Part shown: positions 29,362 through 38,987 of the stretch, piece by piece
Layout: every line of letters starts with the position of its first letter
Numbering within the stretch: position 1 is the first letter of the stretch
Source: Escherichia coli
Lineage (GTDB): Bacteria > Pseudomonadota > Gammaproteobacteria > Enterobacterales > Enterobacteriaceae
NCBI RefSeq assembly: GCF_045037415.1
Contig: NZ_CP173440.1
DNA: 64,000 nucleotides
Reading direction: 5' to 3' (one strand)
The notes under the pieces: model-generated
The model's input: only the letters and a program-made list of their open reading frames with translations
Databases searched by the model: none
Told to the model about the DNA's origin: nothing
Translations under genes and position numbers: made by a program

Positions 29362-29826
29362 TCAATGTAGTTGTCTGCGCACTTTCATCCGGGGAAGAAT
29401 TTCTTTCTCCCACAGAGACCTTGCATTCCCATGCCCCCCCAGGAGTTGCATAGCACAAACCCTGTTAAACACAGTTACTTCTTTCCTGATTGCCTGGGTT
29501 TGGCTGTCTGTGAGCTCAATGCATTCCGGTACCAACTGCATAACACCGTTCATCATTTCGGCCTTTATGAGGCCTGGACCGTCTTTTGGGTCGGCCTCAC
29601 AGGATTCCTTTACATTAAACCCGAATGAACAAAGAAGCTGGCCCTGTGCCTTAGGCCCCATCTGGACCCCCCGGCTATCGACGGTAAAGCGGACGATCGC
29701 GTAATCCCCTCCCTGATCGCTGGTTATGTTTCTTACCAGCATGCTGACCGGAGTCATATGAAGCCAGCTGTAGATACCCAAAACAATTTCTTCTTTTAAA
29801 ATCATATTCAATTTACTGGTTCTCAT
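29362..29826 (-). CDS. Hypothetical 154-aa protein
   Basis: ORF only. Confidence 0.45.
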   Translation of the reverse strand: MRTSKLNMILKEEIVLGIYSWLHMTPVSMLVRNITSDQGGDYAIVRFTVDSRGVQMGPKAQGQLLCSFGFNVKESCEADPKDGPGLIKAEMMNGVMQLVPECIELTDSQTQAIRKEVTVFNRVCAMQLLGGHGNARSLWEKEILPRMKVRRQLH

Positions 29827-29873
29827 TTTCTAATTTATGAATATGAAAACATAAAAAAAAGCTCTGTAAAGCC

Positions 29874-30116
29874 CTAATCTGTAGAAAGCAAAGGTTTGGT
29901 GGCTTTTAACTTGTACTCAATAAAAATTCCGGCTGCATCTGCAGCTGTTATTTCAGACAATATGGCATCAATGATTTCCGGCTCCGTGATGTTATTGAAC
30001 CCCTGCTTACGAACCATCTCTTTAACGCACTCAAAACGTCGGGCTGTTGCCGGGTCGATGACAAATGTATTTAGATGCACATCTTCGCATACGCCAGACG
30101 TCTCATTTAGTTTCAT
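29874..30116 (-). CDS. Hypothetical ~80-aa protein
   Basis: I prefer the internal Met (MKLNETSG), which limits the overlap with the upstream gene to 14 nt. Confidence 0.4.
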   Translation of the reverse strand: MKLNETSGVCEDVHLNTFVIDPATARRFECVKEMVRKQGFNNITEPEIIDAILSEITAADAAGIFIEYKLKATKPLLSTD

Positions 30117-30711
30117 GTTCACTCTCCAGATCAGGGATGAAGTCAAAGTTGTACGCAATCGCTTTTTCAGGTGATTCACCCGCGATGAGTTTTAACCAGG
30201 AGTAAGAGTCTTGCTGGTTAAGAAAAATAACGAGATACCCTTCATCTGCACTGTTTCGCTGTTTAATGAATTCAATCTCATTATCCATTACGAAACCAAA
30301 TGGCCCATGTATAACACGCGACTGCTCTGGAAGCATTGAGCTGAACATTGATACCACGACTTCCCTCAGCTCCAAATTTTGGTGCGCAATAAAAGCCACT
30401 CTTTTACCTTCCTTAACGGAAGCTACAATTCGTTTAACACTCGACTTCACGTTATAGCGATACACAATCAACCGGAGCCGGGTCATGCAGAGGAAAATAA
30501 TACATACGCAACTGACAAGAGCCCCATAAGCTGAGCCTTCAATGAACCAGTTAAGGAATCCCAAAACAACCAGTCCCAAAAAAGTGAATATACTCAACAG
30601 GAAAATATAAAAGTTAATTTTACGGTCTTTTGGATACCAGGTTGATGCAACGGCTATGATAGCCATTACGCCGACTAATGCATACATTGAAAGATCAAAC
30701 GGGTTACTCAT
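30103..30711 (-). CDS. Membrane-anchored 202-aa protein (3 N-terminal TM plus a soluble domain)
   Basis: ORF with a hydrophobic N-terminal half. Confidence 0.5.
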   Translation of the reverse strand: MSNPFDLSMYALVGVMAIIAVASTWYPKDRKINFYIFLLSIFTFLGLVVLGFLNWFIEGSAYGALVSCVCIIFLCMTRLRLIVYRYNVKSSVKRIVASVKEGKRVAFIAHQNLELREVVVSMFSSMLPEQSRVIHGPFGFVMDNEIEFIKQRNSADEGYLVIFLNQQDSYSWLKLIAGESPEKAIAYNFDFIPDLESEHETK

Positions 30712-30925
30712 CGATAGTCTCGCAATCGTGCCCAGGGCAGCCCTTGACAGGTGAAAATTCAGGGCATTCTTGAGTAGTTATAAGTCGCTCACCGGCGTTA
30801 AAACGTATTTGTAAGTCACTACGTAAAGCTTCTGCATTCTCCCCCCCCAAAAGGTAGAGCAGAAACTCATCATCAGCCAAAAGTAACTTTTCCAGGTCAT
30901 AGCACTCGTGTTTGTAGTCCATCAT
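30704..30925 (-). CDS. Hypothetical 73-aa protein
   Basis: ORF overlapping the downstream gene by 8 nt. Confidence 0.4.
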   Translation of the reverse strand: MMDYKHECYDLEKLLLADDEFLLYLLGGENAEALRSDLQIRFNAGERLITTQECPEFSPVKGCPGHDCETIDE

Positions 30926-31066
30926 TCCTCCTTGAGACTATTAAATCACAGAGGAAAGACAAATTTTCTGTACTAAAGGGCTAAATCTGGAAGATCAAGT
31001 AAATTTTTTGGCAAAAAAAAAGCGCATAAAATATGCGCTCTTTTTTTAATAGACAACAATGGGTAA

Positions 31067-31327
31067 TTAGTTCATACGGAGCATATGGTTCTCAACTCTT
31101 GCTATGAAGTTACTCATTGAGGGAAGGTTTAACTCGTCTCCTATGCGTTTACAGTCAAAAAGTGACTTTGCAGGGGAAAAGTTAAAGCCTTTATTATTAA
31201 CAAACTCTAAAATCTCTTTCAGATAGGAGTTTTTACTTCCGGCACTGAAGGAGTTGAGTAAAGGCCCACGATCTAAAAGTTCACCTGCTGCTTTTTTGGT
31301 CAACTTAATACCTTGTTTACTTATCAT
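31067..31327 (-). CDS. Hypothetical 86-aa protein
   Basis: ORF only. Confidence 0.35.
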   Translation of the reverse strand: MISKQGIKLTKKAAGELLDRGPLLNSFSAGSKNSYLKEILEFVNNKGFNFSPAKSLFDCKRIGDELNLPSMSNFIARVENHMLRMN

Positions 31328-31368
31328 CTTACAATGATAGTACTCAAAGCTTTCACTACCTTCCCAGT

Positions 31369-31605
31369 CTAGAACCTGGAGGAGTGAAACTCAGAAAGCA
31401 AAAGCAACATTGTGCCATGATCACGAACAACATATAAAAATTCAAAATTACCATTTATCAACGCTTGCTTAACTAAGCGCAAATCTATCTCTATGTCGTA
31501 GTCATACCAGGGGCTATTAACGAGAGAAGCGGAATGCTTCAGAATGAAGTGTTCCTTAACCCAGTTAAAAACCGATTCGATATCATAATCATAATAAACG
31601 TTCAT
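31369..31605 (-). CDS. Hypothetical 78-aa protein
   Basis: ORF only. Confidence 0.35.
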   Translation of the reverse strand: MNVYYDYDIESVFNWVKEHFILKHSASLVNSPWYDYDIEIDLRLVKQALINGNFEFLYVVRDHGTMLLLLSEFHSSRF

Positions 31606-31620
31606 AATTAGCTCTCCTAA

Positions 31621-31657
31621 AGTAAAAAAGGGAGAGCCCCACAGGGAGCACTCTCCC
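31621..31657 (-). terminator. Rho-independent terminator/attenuator after the Toprim gene
   Basis: On the minus strand GGGAGAG...CTCTCCC is followed by TTTTTT. An alternative CAGGGAG-AGTG-CTCCCTG hairpin overlaps it. Confidence 0.55.
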
Positions 31658-31673
31658 TGTATGGGTTATGAAA

Positions 31674-32918
31674 TTATTTAATCAAGTCAAAAAATCTTTC
31701 TTCCAGTTTGCCTGGGAAAGCTTCATGACCCTTGAGCATTAATACATCATTCCAATCGACACCTTTCGCACCATCAGGTATATCCAGTTCAGGCAAATGA
31801 ATCTCAACCCGGACTGTTGCTTCAGGATAGCGTTCAGCAAGTAAGGGCTCCATACGGCTCTTGAGAACACGTGCAGCAGACTCACCAGCTGAATTACCGG
31901 TGTTTGGATTTACCCGATCTTTATCTGCCCAAATCGACAATTCAATAAATTGGCAATCAGAAGGTGGCATTAAATACTCAGGTATTTCCAGCATTTCCAT
32001 AAATGTTGAACTTGAAGATGCCCAGCAAGGAATTGAAGTCGCCTCAGTTACTGATAGCGCATTCTCAATACCTTCACTAACCCCCAAAAACCATGATTTA
32101 GTTTCATCACAGTAAGTTGGTTTAAATAACTGCATCGAACCACCATTCATCTGGTAGACCGGTTTCATCATTAACTTTGGGTTTTCAACATCAGCTTTTT
32201 TAAGTCCATCATCAGTAAGATGAGTTTTATGGATAGTGCAATTGCGACCGAATTTATCGTTAAAAATAGCAACCATCGTTGGATGAAAACTGGCTGGCTT
32301 ATTAGAACCGGGCCAGTATCTCATCTTAGCATTAAACCCCAGACTAGCTGGAATTTTTGTGAGCATCCGTTTTATACCGCGCCCTGATAGATATCGAGCA
32401 ACCAATGAATCGGGTGTCACAAATTTTGTGTATTTATACACGGCTTCTAACTTATTTATACGACTAAGTCTCTCTTCCTCACCAATATCTGAAAAAGATT
32501 GAGCTTTTTTGTCATAAAGAACAATATTAACACGGTCGGCTTCAGTTAACTTTCTATCCTTGGAAACACCAAGCATTTCAAGAATGTTTTTTGCAGCCTG
32601 CGTTTTACTAATGCTTTTTAGTTCAGCAATTAAATCAATGCCATCAATAAAAGTATTATGGGGATAATCCTCATGAATAGCATGAACACTTTCTAGCGTC
32701 CTATCTTTAAATCTGAATTTCGTTTTGCCACTACCAGTAAACGGGCATTTGACAGAACGTGGAGCTTTTTCTAAAGCCTCCTGAAACTCAGGATAGTACG
32801 TTAATACATTACGCCATCCACCCAGCTGCTGCACATGAGATTTGACAAGGTCAAAAGTTTCTTGAGCGTACTGCATAGGGGTTTTAGCCGGTGAATTATA
32901 ATTTGTAGAATGACTCAT
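31674..32918 (-). CDS. Toprim-domain primase-like protein with a degenerate N-terminal zinc-ribbon-like segment
   Basis: VKCPFTGSGKTKFRFKD sits where primase Zn-ribbons read CPxCGGKDRFRF. RYLSGRGI is DnaG-like. Toprim motifs are VSEGIENALSV and WADKD (DxD). Confidence 0.6.
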   Translation of the reverse strand: MSHSTNYNSPAKTPMQYAQETFDLVKSHVQQLGGWRNVLTYYPEFQEALEKAPRSVKCPFTGSGKTKFRFKDRTLESVHAIHEDYPHNTFIDGIDLIAELKSISKTQAAKNILEMLGVSKDRKLTEADRVNIVLYDKKAQSFSDIGEEERLSRINKLEAVYKYTKFVTPDSLVARYLSGRGIKRMLTKIPASLGFNAKMRYWPGSNKPASFHPTMVAIFNDKFGRNCTIHKTHLTDDGLKKADVENPKLMMKPVYQMNGGSMQLFKPTYCDETKSWFLGVSEGIENALSVTEATSIPCWASSSSTFMEMLEIPEYLMPPSDCQFIELSIWADKDRVNPNTGNSAGESAARVLKSRMEPLLAERYPEATVRVEIHLPELDIPDGAKGVDWNDVLMLKGHEAFPGKLEERFFDLIK

Positions 32919-33028
32919 AATACTCTCCTAGCTGACATTGTGGGTTTCACAATGCCTACTGCAATGCAGATAACATTGAGAAACCCACAACGCAGAATGA
33001 AAGAAGTGCCACGAAGTGGCACAATCAT

Positions 33029-33259
33029 TTATAAGACTTCGAAACCATTAGCAATATATTTCGCCACCAGTCTTTCAACTGCTGAATCCATTGCTTCGGA
33101 ATTGTCTTCGGAAAATGTGGCATCACGAACTAATCGTTCAACCGGCATAATTCCATTAACAACTTCCCCTTCTGTGACGTATACCTTGGTTCCAATCATC
33201 CCACTGTCTAATTGACGAGAGTCAACGCGAACACGTTTAATATACTTATTACCTTTCAT
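33029..33259 (-). CDS. Hypothetical 76-aa protein
   Basis: ORF whose start codon abuts a 10-bp-stem hairpin (33260-33288). Confidence 0.4.
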   Translation of the reverse strand: MKGNKYIKRVRVDSRQLDSGMIGTKVYVTEGEVVNGIMPVERLVRDATFSEDNSEAMDSAVERLVAKYIANGFEVL

Positions 33260-33330
33260 ATGTTTGCTCCTTAAAGGCGAGCAAACATACCCATGCGGGT
33301 ATATAAGCCCGCTTGGGAAGATAATAGAAG

Positions 33331-35295
33331 TTAAACTAGGCTTCTGATTAAATCTTTATACAAAGAATTTAATTCAGAGATATCGTTTATTTTTTTAAAA
33401 TAAACACCATCAAAGCCTAGAGGTTTATCAATGCCATAACCGACACAAACAATATCTATGCCATGTTTTTTAGCATTTTTAACTGCTGAGCATACATCAT
33501 CTATTGATTCAGATGGGTCACCATCAGTCGCAATAAAGATAACTTTACGTGAGAAATTCAAACGTGAGAAATATTCCACGCATGAATTAATCGCTGTCGC
33601 AGTTGGGGTATGTAATCCGCTAGAAACATTTTCATAATTTGAAAAGCAACTAGATACAGATTTATTAAAAAACTTAAGTATATCTATATAACCTTCTTTT
33701 TGAACTGGATAAACAAGATCAGCAACATCAATATTGTTCACCGATTCACAAGCAAGGGTAAATGCAAGATTTGCTTTTAAGGCTAAAACTGATACGTCAT
33801 GCATTGATACAGAGATATCACGCAGGTTTATTACACCTACATCAGACCTTTTGTATCCCTCCCCGTTTTTCTTAAACACAGAAGTTGCACCCATAGGTAC
33901 TTCAACAAGCTTTCTACTATGAATACGAGATCCACGATCAGTTAGCCTGTTGTTACGCCGTACAGTTTGCTTATTTAAAGAAGAAAGTAACTTTCTTAGC
34001 TCACGAGAGTGAGCTAGAGCATTATTATAGTCCTCCTCGGTCAGAGTGATAAAACCAAAACGAAAACCAAAGTTTTGAATTTCAGCATCACTGAAAGAAG
34101 ATGCCATTTGAGATATGGATTTTTTTATAGCTTCATGAAAATCATGAGAATTATCCTGTTCAGCCTCTGTGTCTAGGTATTCATCAAGATCTTCAATCGC
34201 CTTTCTTAATTGCGCTGGTGAGAAACTTTGTGTTGTACGTGCAGAAGTTACAGAACCATCAGAGCCGTCAGAGCCGTCAGAGTCATCAGAGCCGTCAGAG
34301 TCATCAGAGCTGTCAGAGTCATCAGAGCCGTCAGAGCCGTCAGAGTCATCAGAGCCGTCAGAGTCATCAGAGCCGTCAGAGTCATCAGAGCCGTCAGAGT
34401 CATCAGAGTCATCAGAGCCGTCAGAGTCATCAGAGCCGTCAGAGTCATCAGAGCCGTCAGAGCCGTCAGAGTCATCAGAGCCGTCAGAGTCATCAGAGCC
34501 GTCAGAGTCATCAGAGTCATCTAATCGGTTTTGTTCTTCTTTATCTTTTAGATCATCACGTAACTTTTCTAGTTCTTCATATAGTTTCAATCCTAACTCA
34601 CATGCCATAAGAGTTGAATTAACCCCTGTGGCTTCGAGAATCAAAGAATCAAAACGGTCTTTCATGTCGAATAGAACAGTATCAGCAAGAGCAAAAAAAT
34701 CATTCAATATTTCAGGAACGCCTTCTTGCCCAAGCTGATTTACACGAAGCTTGTTTAAAATATACATTTCAATGTAGGAAACGATATTAGAACCGTCACC
34801 AGTCATGTTTCCATCACTAACCATAAACGAATACATTTCAGCAAGCATTACTTTTGAAAGCGGAAACTGATTACCAGTTTTCTCTTCCATCTGAATGTCT
34901 TCGAAGAGGTTAATAGAACGATGAAGCCTCTTAAGTTTTATTTCCGCTTTTTTCTCCTCTTCTTTAGAGGAAAAACTAGCGGTTCCGTCAGGCATTATAC
35001 ATTCGAAGCCAGGTTGTTTTGATAAATATTCATTTTCAAAATCAACAGTAGTTTCGATTTCTGTATAACGATTATGACCACCTTCATGACATATCCAGCC
35101 GCTACATAGCTTCCAGTATTTGTCATTACTAAAGTCACCGTTTGGTAAAAAAATAGTTTTAGATCTCATGTTAATGCATGGTGTTGCATGTGGCCCCAAA
35201 AAAAGAACATTGAGTTCAGGATCAGCACCAATCACACGAGCAAGATTATCTACAGCCAACTTACTACGAATAGAATTGTTTAGCTTAATAGTCAT
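33331..35295 (-). CDS. CobT-like vWA protein with an N-terminal HExxH motif and a central acidic repeat
   Basis: WICHEGGHNRY (HExxH), an 88-residue D/S/G tract, and a C-terminal vWA domain with the MIDAS motif DISVS plus FIATDGDPSE. Confidence 0.7.
   Translation of the reverse strand: MTIKLNNSIRSKLAVDNLARVIGADPELNVLFLGPHATPCINMRSKTIFLPNGDFSNDKYWKLCSGWICHEGGHNRYTEIETTVDFENEYLSKQPGFECIMPDGTASFSSKEEEKKAEIKLKRLHRSINLFEDIQMEEKTGNQFPLSKVMLAEMYSFMVSDGNMTGDGSNIVSYIEMYILNKLRVNQLGQEGVPEILNDFFALADTVLFDMKDRFDSLILEATGVNSTLMACELGLKLYEELEKLRDDLKDKEEQNRLDDSDDSDGSDDSDGSDDSDGSDGSDDSDGSDDSDGSDDSDDSDGSDDSDGSDDSDGSDDSDGSDGSDDSDSSDDSDGSDDSDGSDGSDGSVTSARTTQSFSPAQLRKAIEDLDEYLDTEAEQDNSHDFHEAIKKSISQMASSFSDAEIQNFGFRFGFITLTEEDYNNALAHSRELRKLLSSLNKQTVRRNNRLTDRGSRIHSRKLVEVPMGATSVFKKNGEGYKRSDVGVINLRDISVSMHDVSVLALKANLAFTLACESVNNIDVADLVYPVQKEGYIDILKFFNKSVSSCFSNYENVSSGLHTPTATAINSCVEYFSRLNFSRKVIFIATDGDPSESIDDVCSAVKNAKKHGIDIVCVGYGIDKPLGFDGVYFKKINDISELNSLYKDLIRSLV
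34257..34520. repeat. In-frame tandem repeat (9/18-bp units) encoding (DSDGSD)n
   Basis: GAGCCGTCAGAGTCATCA-type units are repeated across 264 bp and generate four spurious repeat ORFs in other frames. Confidence 0.9.
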
Positions 35296-35358
35296 ATAGC
35301 ACCCATAAAGTTAAATGGGCGCACCCATGTGGGTTTGCCCACAAGGGATTAGAAGATA

Positions 35359-36435
35359 TCAAAAATTAAATGGAGTCGAGAAAGTTACTTTTTTCTGGAC
35401 TACATCATTATTTGAGACCGGAGTTATCGAAGAATTAGATGTCTTAGCAGGAATACCATTTCCAGTAAAAGGATCAACGAAAATGGAACCAGTATTATTA
35501 GCCAAATTATCATCTAAATCGTTAAAACGATTTTTAATTTCGGCAATAAAACCTGTTACAAGATCGTCACCATCCATAATTCTGTTCAAACGATTCGTAT
35601 CACTTAGCAGTAATAACCATTCGCGAAACAAACTCATGTGAAGGGGGGAATCCAAATTACCAGAAGGAAGATGGTTTAGTACGCTTTGGATAGAGTCAGC
35701 AATTTTAGTTGCACGATCATCCAAAAACATAAAACTTACAACCTTATCTTTTAAATTTGACAGTTTTTCTACGAAAGTCTGGTCAATTTTAGGTTTTGTG
35801 CAGGAAGCATAGATAGATTCAGCAGTCAGAGCAATATCCTGTATTAAACCAACTGAATAGCGGTCTCCTAAATCCTCTCCATCAATTGACATTGGTGTGA
35901 AAGGGATTGGATGGCTAATCTGGAAAAGAAACGATTTTTCGAAGTCATCTTTAGTCATTCTTAATTTTTCAATTAATTCTGCCAATTTAGGACTTCTGTC
36001 TTTTTCCATCTGAATGTATTCTTCATAACGCTCTAGAGCATTCTGAATGCCTTCCTTGAAATATTCTCGGACGGCCTCTACTTCAATCAAATACTCTTCC
36101 AACTTAGAGGTTGGCAGTATATTCATGGAGCTGAAAGGAATGCAGTATTTACGTTTGAGATTACTCAATCTTGTATGAACAGCGCTTTTAAAGTTCAAAG
36201 CCTTAGTAGAAATCCATTGAACTTCAACCTTACTCACACTCGATTGGTCCGATACTTCATCTTCATCAAGAAACTGTCGAATTTCATTCGTTCTACGGCG
36301 ACCCTGACATCCTTCGACATCTACCTTAATAATAACGGCACCATCTTGTAATTCAGGATTGCGGTCGATGAAACTTTTTACAGTGTTACTGATTTGAGTG
36401 GTATCAGCAATAGCAGCGATTTTGATATTAGCCAT
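35359..36435 (-). CDS. 358-aa protein between the AAA+ and vWA genes (possibly DUF3150-like)
   Basis: Conserved-looking ORF. The family assignment comes from my memory of CobS-like/vWA neighbourhoods, not from a visible motif. Confidence 0.5.
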   Translation of the reverse strand: MANIKIAAIADTTQISNTVKSFIDRNPELQDGAVIIKVDVEGCQGRRRTNEIRQFLDEDEVSDQSSVSKVEVQWISTKALNFKSAVHTRLSNLKRKYCIPFSSMNILPTSKLEEYLIEVEAVREYFKEGIQNALERYEEYIQMEKDRSPKLAELIEKLRMTKDDFEKSFLFQISHPIPFTPMSIDGEDLGDRYSVGLIQDIALTAESIYASCTKPKIDQTFVEKLSNLKDKVVSFMFLDDRATKIADSIQSVLNHLPSGNLDSPLHMSLFREWLLLLSDTNRLNRIMDGDDLVTGFIAEIKNRFNDLDDNLANNTGSIFVDPFTGNGIPAKTSNSSITPVSNNDVVQKKVTFSTPFNF

Positions 36436-36526
36436 GATATTTCTCCAGTATGCACCGGAAAAATATCTCCCAAAGGGAAAATATTTCCCGGTGGGGGGGT
36501 AGGTAAAATTTAAATAAACGTATCAA

Positions 36527-37579
36527 TTACAATTGTGAAATTGAACGTGATACTTCTTCCGGGAAAAGTTGCTCAAGCAAAATTTCAGCTTTACTACATG
36601 CTTCAGAAGATAACTTAGACGTGAATGCAATTTTAAACCCAACAGAAATTTCTTCATCAAGGACTTTGGAGGTAGAAATCCATGAAATCAATTCACGAAT
36701 ATCCATCACCAGTTCGTCATCTTTCAGATTGTTAAGTTCAAAAGCAACTTTTGCAAACATTCTTAAACATGAAGGTTTCAAATCAGGAAAATGAGCCTCA
36801 GCTGCACAATACATAGCTTGTTCATCAGGTCGAATCATCGGCAATATTAAAAAACGCTTAATAAATGCAGAGTCTTGGGACTGTGATGAAGCGAAACGCA
36901 TATCCTCTCCACTCATGTTAGTGTTAGCTGTACCAATAAAGCGGGTGTAGCGATTTGCATAAATCAACTCGCCACCTTCTTTACCGGTTGCCCACGGTTT
37001 ACGCTCAAGCGGCATATGAAGCTTAGCTGCCGTATCTGGGTTTATTTTATCTATCTCATCAAGAAGAATGATATGCCCATCACGATAGCCTTGCACAAGG
37101 TCACTATAAACATACCGTGTATTTCCATTTTCTAGCGTTCTCATACCTTCAAGATCATCAATCGATAACTCATTGTTGATTTGTTTGATGGTGATAGGCC
37201 AGTTCAGCATATGGCTGATATATAATGCTAACTCCGTTTTACCAGATCCAGATTCTCCTTGCAGGCAGATGCCAGCAGTTACTTCATTATTTAAAAGTAA
37301 CTTCACCATACGGCGTAGAGTGATCGGATTTGGACGATATTTACTGTTTAACGGAGCACGAAAAGGAGTAACTCTTTTGAAAATAGGTATAACGTCATTT
37401 TCTCCAAAACAGTCAACATTAAAGTGCTCGTTTGCACGGACAATAATGTATTCCTCTTCATCTTGATATTCTATAGCCTTGGTTAACTCATGAGGTTCGA
37501 AATATTTAATTTCTAAATCAGAGTTAACATTCAAAGTTAGAATATTTGCATTGTTGTTAGCAGTAGTAGCGGGTGTCAT
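36527..37579 (-). CDS. AAA+ ATPase, CobS/MoxR (AAA_5)-like
   Basis: Walker A LQGESGSGKTELAL and Walker B IILLDEIDK. Size and layout resemble CobS-like ATPases that pair with vWA proteins. Confidence 0.75.
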   Translation of the reverse strand: MTPATTANNNANILTLNVNSDLEIKYFEPHELTKAIEYQDEEEYIIVRANEHFNVDCFGENDVIPIFKRVTPFRAPLNSKYRPNPITLRRMVKLLLNNEVTAGICLQGESGSGKTELALYISHMLNWPITIKQINNELSIDDLEGMRTLENGNTRYVYSDLVQGYRDGHIILLDEIDKINPDTAAKLHMPLERKPWATGKEGGELIYANRYTRFIGTANTNMSGEDMRFASSQSQDSAFIKRFLILPMIRPDEQAMYCAAEAHFPDLKPSCLRMFAKVAFELNNLKDDELVMDIRELISWISTSKVLDEEISVGFKIAFTSKLSSEACSKAEILLEQLFPEEVSRSISQL

Positions 37580-37606
37580 ATATAACTCCGTTGGATATTT
37601 ATGAAA

Positions 37607-38443
37607 TTAAAGGTTTTTGATAATGGCTTTCGAAGTGCTGAAAAGTAATCCGTAATCAAAACCGTATACATGAGATATTACCTTACATGCATCGGAATAT
37701 AACCACTCAACATAATCCACAGCTTCGGTTTTAAGAACATAAGAATCGGTATTCTGATCCAAAGTCCAGGCACCATTTTCACTTAGATTTTCAAGGATAA
37801 TCATTTGCTCATCGAAAATCTTTTTAAAGAGTTTCAATCTGTCAGCTATTGACCATTTAATGATCAATGATCTCCTTGTATAACAATATCTATCATCTAA
37901 GAAATCTGACCATTTAATCGGGCCTATAATAGGATGAGAAAATGTTAAGTTGTCAGTTTCTAAAGATTTAATAAGATCTTGCCTTGACTCTCTTGAACGT
38001 ATTGCAAGAAGAAGTCTTGACTTAATAAAATCAATAATTTCATCTGGGTCATATCCGAAGCGATGACACACAATTTGAAATTGTTTAGTACAATACCAAT
38101 CTAACTCCAATTTTAATTTCGGTGTTAGATATCGAAACCCATTGGCATCAATTTTATAGACCATCGATTGGTCTATATGGTACTGAACGGTTACAAAAGA
38201 TGACTCCATTATTTTATAGAAGAACGTACATATATGTTCATCTGTCCAAATGAAATCATCTAGCTCTTGATAATCATGGTTCGGTACTTTGTTACCATGA
38301 TCTTCAACGATTGAGTTTGATTCCACAGGTATATATACCTTTTCTTTAATTCCCTCATCCTCAAAGAAGAATCTGAAACTAAGTTGGTTTTCATTCTCAA
38401 TCTTTCTCAATTTACTACTTAAATGCATGATAGGTTTCTCCAT
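37607..38443 (-). CDS. Hypothetical 278-aa protein (alternative start at 38428)
   Basis: ORF only. A GGAG 9 nt upstream of the second ATG (38428) suggests the shorter form. Confidence 0.45.
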   Translation of the reverse strand: MEKPIMHLSSKLRKIENENQLSFRFFFEDEGIKEKVYIPVESNSIVEDHGNKVPNHDYQELDDFIWTDEHICTFFYKIMESSFVTVQYHIDQSMVYKIDANGFRYLTPKLKLELDWYCTKQFQIVCHRFGYDPDEIIDFIKSRLLLAIRSRESRQDLIKSLETDNLTFSHPIIGPIKWSDFLDDRYCYTRRSLIIKWSIADRLKLFKKIFDEQMIILENLSENGAWTLDQNTDSYVLKTEAVDYVEWLYSDACKVISHVYGFDYGLLFSTSKAIIKNL

Positions 38444-38489
38444 AGGAGAAACCCAAATGGGATTTCTCCCAATAGGGGTTAAAAAATTA

Positions 38490-38843
38490 TTAACGTGTTA
38501 AGAACCTTGAACCGCCGAAACCTTCAATAGGCTTAGGAGCTCGGTGAATCAATTTCTGGGCCTGGACTCTAACAACCGTCAATTCACCAGAGTGAACTTT
38601 ATCAGTCACCAGACAACCAGTTATCATCAGGTTATCGCCTCGAATAATCTCTTTAAACTCCTTATCATACAGGTCTTGAGGTATTTTCACTTGGATCGAT
38701 GAAACTACCATTTCTATTTTACCATTTCTTTCCATTTCCTGTTTGTTATCCAGTATTAGCATAATAGTGTCATATTCATTACGAACAATAACCTTATTAA
38801 CCTCGCCGGAAACGCAAACAGTATTTATGTGATTTGTAAACAT
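38490..38843 (-). CDS. Small OB-fold-like protein (SSB/PriB-like, tentative)
   Basis: 117 aa with an alternating beta-strand pattern (NTVCVSGEVNKVIVRNEYDTIMLIL...). No acidic SSB tail. Confidence 0.3.
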   Translation of the reverse strand: MFTNHINTVCVSGEVNKVIVRNEYDTIMLILDNKQEMERNGKIEMVVSSIQVKIPQDLYDKEFKEIIRGDNLMITGCLVTDKVHSGELTVVRVQAQKLIHRAPKPIEGFGGSRFLTR

Positions 38844-38987
38844 GTTAGGCCTCTTTTAAAAAATAAAAAGAAACCCAAAAGGAGTCTCTTTTTCTCCTTG
38901 TGGATGTATGATTAAACAAAATTTAGAAGATGATACCTTTTTATAAAGGACAACTTTTATAGTTGGACTCCATGAATAAGATAGGTA

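Noticed and set aside
34169-34738. Four overlapping repeat ORFs (SEPSES..., SRQSHQ..., RAVRVI..., LTALMT...).
   Set aside because: These are alternative-frame or antisense readings of the DSDGSD-encoding repeat inside the 654-aa vWA gene.
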